A DNA stretch of 64,000 bases, taken from Candidatus Cloacimonadota bacterium. Its GTDB lineage: Bacteria; UBA4055. Below are positions 58,749-64,000 of this stretch, piece after piece. Made by a program: the position numbers and the translations under genes. The stretch is taken from assembly GCA_002742935.1 (NCBI GenBank), contig PDON01000067.1:5766-69765 (forward strand), in the 5' to 3' direction. Position 1 is the first letter of the stretch, and each line of letters opens with the position of its first letter. The notes beneath the pieces were generated by a model. That model searched no databases. It had not been told where the DNA came from and was given only the letters and a program-made list of their open reading frames with translations.

Positions 58749-59792
58749 TTGGATAATTTTATAAATGATTTAATAAAGTGTAAAGAAACCATTAAAAGTG
58801 ATTACTCTATTGTTGTGGGTAATGTTTCTGCTGATGCAGACTCAATAATATCTGCACTTTTCTACTCCTATTACAGCTATTGTTTGGGAAAGATAGTTTT
58901 CCCTTTCATAAATATTCCCAAAAGCGAACTTGTTTTAAGAGAGGATATTATTTTTCTCCTTAAAGAGAAAAGTGTAAATCTTGATATTTTTATCTTTAAA
59001 GATGATCCAAAATATTTTTTAAATAATAGCAGATCAATAGTTTTGGTAGATCATAACTGCCCTGAAGGCATTATATCTAATGTTGAAGAGAGGATTACTA
59101 AAATATATGATCATCACAAGGATAGTAATTGGGGAAAAGGTATTAAGAAAGTTATCACCAATGATGTTTCTGCCGCTTCAATAATCTATAGAATGTTGTT
59201 AAAGATAGGAAGAGTTAACAACCTTATAAACTACTTAATGAAAACACTACTTATTCTGGATTCCTACAATTTCTCAAAAAACATTGGTCGTTTCAATAAT
59301 TTTGATCTTGATATTTACAGCTCTATCAATATATATCTTTCAGAAAGCTTCAAGAAAGATCTTATAAAAAAAAGGTTTTCTATAGCAAACTACTCAAACT
59401 ATGAGCTTATTATAAAAGATACCAAAAAGTATAAGAGTGATAAACATAATATTGTAGTTTCAACAATAACTGCAAGTTTTGATAAAATAGATAGTAGTTT
59501 TGAAGATTTTACAAAAGAGGTTATCCCCTTTATCAAAGATGAAGACTCCAATTTATACTTGGGGATGCTTATAGATTTTATTGGTAAAACTCCCCAAAGA
59601 GAGCTTATTATAGTTTCTAAAAAAAGTGATTACCAATCTATAGTTTCAGCAATAGAGAGTAGTTTTGAGTTAAAACTCTTAGACTCCGTAGATATTGAAA
59701 AATATAGAGCTTCTATTTTTCTACAATCAAATATAACTATATCAAGAAAAAAGATGATGCCTATAGTTATTGAATCTTTGGATACTAAATAA
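58749..59792 (+). CDS. DHH/DHHA2 family exopolyphosphatase/pyrophosphatase (PPX1/Prune-like)
   Basis: GNVSADADS, LVDHN, IYDHH, LILDSYN, KDTKKY, SRKK..P. Confidence 0.8.
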   Translation: MDNFINDLIKCKETIKSDYSIVVGNVSADADSIISALFYSYYSYCLGKIVFPFINIPKSELVLREDIIFLLKEKSVNLDIFIFKDDPKYFLNNSRSIVLVDHNCPEGIISNVEERITKIYDHHKDSNWGKGIKKVITNDVSAASIIYRMLLKIGRVNNLINYLMKTLLILDSYNFSKNIGRFNNFDLDIYSSINIYLSESFKKDLIKKRFSIANYSNYELIIKDTKKYKSDKHNIVVSTITASFDKIDSSFEDFTKEVIPFIKDEDSNLYLGMLIDFIGKTPQRELIIVSKKSDYQSIVSAIESSFELKLLDSVDIEKYRASIFLQSNITISRKKMMPIVIESLDTK

Positions 59793-60189
59793 TTTCTGAA
59801 CAGTTAATACATCTGTTTTTACTACTCATCTAATATCCTTGCTTTTGAGAACCTTTTTTAATATTTACTTTTTAGTAAAATAGATTGTTTTTTTCTAATT
59901 TTAATTCTATTCTTTAAAATAAACTGCAAGGATTTTCAACTTATAGTTATCGAAAAGCATGCAGTTAATATGAGGGAAGAAATCAATGAAGACAGAACTT
60001 AAATTTACTGCTTCTTTCTGTTTGGTACTAGAATATCTCTTCTATCATCTAAACTTGTAAGATCTGTTCCTTTGTAACCATTTTTCTGTAACTGATTACT
60101 GTTTATGATCTTAAAAAAGACCCTAAATAAAAATCATCTCTATTTTAATAGATCTTAAACAAAACTACTATTTAATCTAAGGGTAAAGT

Positions 60190-61791
60190 ATGAAAATAAA
60201 TATATCTCTTCTTCTGTTTCTTATAGTTTCTGTATATGGAACTACATTTATCTCTTTAAAGGATAAAAGGGTTTATGATATGCTGGAAAATCTTGATAGT
60301 AGAGGTGTTATAGATATAAAATTTAAAGGAATGAAGCCATATAGGGTAGATAAAGTATATAAACTTCTCAAAAGTATAGATAAGAAAGATATTAATATTG
60401 AGAGTTTTATAAGAGAGTTTGAGGAGAGATATATCAATATTGAGGAAAGATTATTATCAGGCAGAAAAGGTAAGGCTAAGGGAGGTATTTCTCCTTTTTT
60501 AGATCAATCTATTGTTTTTCAAGGAGAAACAGATGGTAGTAATGAAGATTTAGCGAATATAACCGATGTTGGTATTAATGCTGATCTAAGTTATGGGAAA
60601 CATCTGTCTTTCTCATCAAAAACAGGGGTTAAGTTTAATTATGAAGGGTTACTACTTAGAGATGAATACAGAAATGCTCTTATTTTTGATCATACGGATA
60701 ACAGTTTTTCAAGTGAGGATTATTCAGAAACATTTTTAATGTATAGTAACAATAATATAGATCTTTCTATAGGTAGAGCTCCGGTCCAGCAGGGTAGTGG
60801 ATATATAAATAGTTTGAGTTTAAGGGAGCAGCACTCATACTTTGATCTTATATATTTTAATTGGGAGTTTAGCTCTCTTAAGTTTTCAACAGTATCAGGT
60901 TTTTTACTTCCCGATTATGAAACAAGGTATGAGTATAAAGATTCCCTCTTTACCAATGGTCAGTTTGTTGAAAAGTACACTCCAAAAAGAAGAGAGAAAT
61001 ATCTATCTTCTCATAGATTAGAGTGGAGAGTAAGTAAAAACTTTTGGTTGGGTATAAATGAGAATCTTATATATGGAGACAGGGGAGTAGAACTTGGTTA
61101 TCTTTTCCCAATTCTTCCATTAAAGTGGAGTGAACACTACTATGGTGATCATGATAACTCTACTATGAGTTTCGATTTTTATTATAAACCTATAAAAAAT
61201 ATATCTCTCTACGGAGAACTTTTTATAGATGATGAGACATGGCAAAAAAGTTTTACAGAGTACTATGGCAATAAGTGGGCTGTTTTGGGAGGGTTTTACT
61301 ATGCTGATCTTTTTACCATTCCTTACCTAAACTTTAGATTTGAAACTACAAGAATAGAGCCTTGGGTTTATACTCACAAGTATCATATAAACAGATATAT
61401 GAGTTGTGAAGATTACCTTGGTGGTGAGTTTGGTCCCGATAGTGAATCCTTTATGTTTTCTATGGATTACAGATGGAATTTTTTAGTAGTAAAACTGGGA
61501 TATAAGAGAGCTAATGTGGGGGAACCTATTGAAGGAAATGAAGATGAGCAAGTTGGGTATGAGAACTATCCCGATGTAAAAAAATTTTTTCTTAACGGAA
61601 ATGTTGAGAACCACTACTACTACAGTTTTGAAGCAGATTATAGATATAATAAATACTTGAGTTTTAATCTTTACTACTCTCACAGAGATATAGTTGACTA
61701 TAACCACATTAAAGGTAATATTTACTCAAATAATAGTATAGGAGTTAGCTTGAAGCTAAATATATTAGAAACCCCTCTATTCAATTATTAA
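60190..61791 (+). CDS. capsule assembly Wzi-family outer-membrane protein
   Basis: Signal peptide, VYDMLENL.SRG...KPY, KYLSSHRLE, DHDNS, LYGELFIDD, LGGEFGPDS. Confidence 0.75.
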   Translation: MKINISLLLFLIVSVYGTTFISLKDKRVYDMLENLDSRGVIDIKFKGMKPYRVDKVYKLLKSIDKKDINIESFIREFEERYINIEERLLSGRKGKAKGGISPFLDQSIVFQGETDGSNEDLANITDVGINADLSYGKHLSFSSKTGVKFNYEGLLLRDEYRNALIFDHTDNSFSSEDYSETFLMYSNNNIDLSIGRAPVQQGSGYINSLSLREQHSYFDLIYFNWEFSSLKFSTVSGFLLPDYETRYEYKDSLFTNGQFVEKYTPKRREKYLSSHRLEWRVSKNFWLGINENLIYGDRGVELGYLFPILPLKWSEHYYGDHDNSTMSFDFYYKPIKNISLYGELFIDDETWQKSFTEYYGNKWAVLGGFYYADLFTIPYLNFRFETTRIEPWVYTHKYHINRYMSCEDYLGGEFGPDSESFMFSMDYRWNFLVVKLGYKRANVGEPIEGNEDEQVGYENYPDVKKFFLNGNVENHYYYSFEADYRYNKYLSFNLYYSHRDIVDYNHIKGNIYSNNSIGVSLKLNILETPLFNY

Positions 61792-61797
61792 GATTAT

Positions 61798-62586
61798 CTA
61801 TTTCGTTTGATCAGCTTTATTCCAATAGATTATGGTTGCTATGTATCCTACTATACAGGTCAGTAGCAAAATCCCATAACTATAATTGTTAAGCAACATT
61901 TTATATTCTCCACCTGCACCGCTAAAAAGCCCCGGTACAGACCACGGGAAATATGAGCCATAACCGACCGCTGCAATTATCTGTGAAAAAATCAATATCA
62001 ATGCAACAAAACCTAACGGAGCAAGATATCCTTTACCCCAAAGTGCAAAAAATGCAATTGGTACACAAACAGCAATTGTTAGAACAGTTGTAATGAAATA
62101 GGTAATTAGTGATTGAATCAGAACGCTTATACTAATCATTGGAAGTTGTAAAAAAGATCCCAAAACAAATCCAATCAACAAGTTTGACAGTACAAGCAAT
62201 AAACACCAAAACACAAACAGCATAAACTTTGCATTCAAGATTTTAATGCGGGAAGTAGGTAATGAAAACAGATCTTTTGCGGTTTTATCGGAATACTCAC
62301 GCCCAAAAATCCAGCTTGCAACAAAGCCAAAAATCATAATACCACCAATGCTAACTGCCTGTGTCAATATGCTCAGATACGATTCCCAATTAGCTTTGAG
62401 ATTCATTGCTTTTATTTTGACAGCAAGTGTTCCCGCTTTTTCCAACGATTCGCTGTTTTGAATAATAGGCATAAATACAGCTCCCATAATGGGTGCTATT
62501 GAAAATGCGATAAATGTTACCCAAACAATTTTTGAATGTTTGAGTTTAATAAATTCAGCTTGTAATGCATCTATTTGTTGATTCAC
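61798..62586 (-). CDS. ABC transporter permease (BcrB/lantibiotic-immunity-like)
   Basis: AEFIKLKHS, WIFGREYSDKT.KDL.SLPTSR, YFPWSVP. About 6 TM. Confidence 0.85.
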   Translation of the reverse strand: MNQQIDALQAEFIKLKHSKIVWVTFIAFSIAPIMGAVFMPIIQNSESLEKAGTLAVKIKAMNLKANWESYLSILTQAVSIGGIMIFGFVASWIFGREYSDKTAKDLFSLPTSRIKILNAKFMLFVFWCLLLVLSNLLIGFVLGSFLQLPMISISVLIQSLITYFITTVLTIAVCVPIAFFALWGKGYLAPLGFVALILIFSQIIAAVGYGSYFPWSVPGLFSGAGGEYKMLLNNYSYGILLLTCIVGYIATIIYWNKADQTK

Positions 62587-63440
62587 AATTCGTTCCCTTT
62601 ATGGTTCGCAGAAAATAGTTCTCTAAATCTTCGGTAAAAAGAAAGATTTGTTTCGGTGGCAATCCGTTCTCTGTTAGTAGTTTTGATATGAGTTCAGGGT
62701 GCTCAACAGCTTTCTGATCCGTGATTTCTATTTCGCCCGATTTAGTTTGTACTACCGAATAGTTTGCCTTTTTCAAATACCAAATAGCGGTTTGATTGTC
62801 GGCTGTTTGCACTAAAATTTTCTTGATTATTTGGCTGAATAATTCTTGTCTTGTTAGTTCTTTTATCAATTTCCCTTCGTGTTGAAATAAAAATGGTTGA
62901 ACCGCTTCTTGCAAGATCTATCAAAAGTTCCCGAACTTCAACAATTCCTTCGGGGTCTAAACCGTTTATCGGTTCGTCCAGTATAAGAAGTTTAGGGTTA
63001 TGAATGAGTGCTTTTGCAAGACCTAAGCGTTGTTGATTACCGAGTGATAAAGCACTGGCTCTTATATTTCTATATTTTGTGAGTTTTAGTTTTTCAATAA
63101 TATCATCGATTCCTTTAGGATTGTTCAATTGCCTCAATTTATAAACCACTTTCAGATTTTCGTAAACCGAAAGATTGGGGTAGGAATAAGGTGTTTCAAC
63201 TAAGTAGCCAATGTCGTTCCATTAGTTAAAACCGGATCTCAATTTTTTGTCTAAAAGAGTTATTGTACCACTATCGGGTTTTATCATTCCTAATATTATG
63301 CGGATCAGAGTCGTTTTTCCTGCTCCGTTTAACCCGAGGAAACCGTAAATTTCCCCTTCCCTAATATGAACGGAAATATTATCTATGGCAACAACTGAAC
63401 CGAACCGTTTTGTTACATTATTTGTTTTTATAACATCCAT
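62555..63440 (-). pseudogene. disrupted ABC ATP-binding gene (BcrA-like)
   Basis: Walker A GLNGAGKTT, then in-frame TAA at 63224-63222 followed by WNDIGYLVETP. LSLGNQQR and ILDEP are intact. After GSTIFIS the H-loop is missing and the frame shifts into HEGKLIKEL near 62882. Confidence 0.88.
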
Positions 63441-63580
63441 TTTCGCATCTGTTTTTTAATCTCTGTAGGGCTTACCCAAGTTTCTGCTAATGGTTTAATC
63501 TATGGAGATTGCTTTTTAAACTATGTTGTAGAGCGTTTTACAATCTGTCTTTTTTATCATCAAGTTCAAGTTTCCAATAG

Positions 63581-64000
63581 TTAAGTAGTAGACTTACTAA
63601 TTTCCCTTTTTATTAAATAATAGTTTATAATTGCAAACAATAGCAATACCGATCCTGTATAGTAGGCACAATAATGGGTATTCTCATTCATAATAAAACC
63701 AAATAAACTTCCTCCTACAACCAATAAAGAAGCCAATATCCAATATGATTTCATTTTATATGGATAAATGAAAGGCAGGTAATGAGCACCGACAATTATA
63801 GTCAATGCAGGAAAAAACAGAATCCTATTTTCCTTTACAAGTAGAAATATTAACGGGAAAGAAAATGGTATTATTAAGGATATTTGAGTAAACAATAAAT
63901 TGAGAGGGTTTTCTTTGCTTATCTTAGGTCGTTTTAAAATGGTTTGGAGTAATAGAGTTAATGGATAAAAAAAAGTTCCACTGATAATAATTACCATAAT
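63581..64000 (-). CDS. 3' part of a polytopic membrane protein (starts beyond the window)
   Basis: Open frame to the window edge with several TMs and FFPALTIIVGAHYLPF. Confidence 0.7.
   Translation of the reverse strand: MMVIIISGTFFYPLTLLLQTILKRPKISKENPLNLLFTQISLIIPFSFPLIFLLVKENRILFFPALTIIVGAHYLPFIYPYKMKSYWILASLLVVGGSLFGFIMNENTHYCAYYTGSVLLLFAIINYYLIKREISKSTT

Noticed and set aside
1-64000. Genome-wide reassignment of UGA to Trp or Gly (code 4 or 25)
   Set aside because: Conserved genes translate full length under the standard code and use TGG for Trp. Only one gene has internal TGA codons.
1-64000. CRISPR arrays, tRNA (including tRNA-Sec), rRNA, sel genes and transposases
   Set aside because: No regularly spaced direct repeats, cloverleaf signatures or matching ORFs were seen by eye. 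Sec machinery, if present, lies outside this window.

Overview
A gene-dense, very AT-rich bacterial chromosomal segment with about 55 CDSs and no rRNA, tRNA, CRISPR array, integrase or transposase that I can recognise. The content suggests a diderm, probably of the FCB superphylum (inference from a secreted protein with a YPNPFNP/FlgD-Ig-type C-terminal sorting domain, a group II GGGP synthase, LPS genes and HDOD/CheR/PilT genes). Most genes are housekeeping or envelope genes: fbaA, a two-subunit RND efflux operon, iaaA, tdh, uvrC, purB, rocD, acpP-fabF-rnc, gcvH-gcvPA, recD, dut and cadCA. The main observation is at 46962-48005 (-). Two ORFs listed separately in the track are one continuous 347-codon frame interrupted only by two in-frame UGA codons in a U-D-T-G-U motif, followed by a GC-rich pair of SECIS-like hairpins. 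This is a candidate secreted beta-helix selenoprotein with two Sec residues. UGA is also strongly avoided as a stop here (hand count 28 TAA, 23 TAG, 3 TGA). Other observations are probable AUU initiation of a cheR and of a second gene, a four-hairpin leader before pilT/pilU, an RND subunit with a large hydrophobic insertion, a PPX1/Prune-like phosphatase and a decaying foreign ABC cassette at the right end.
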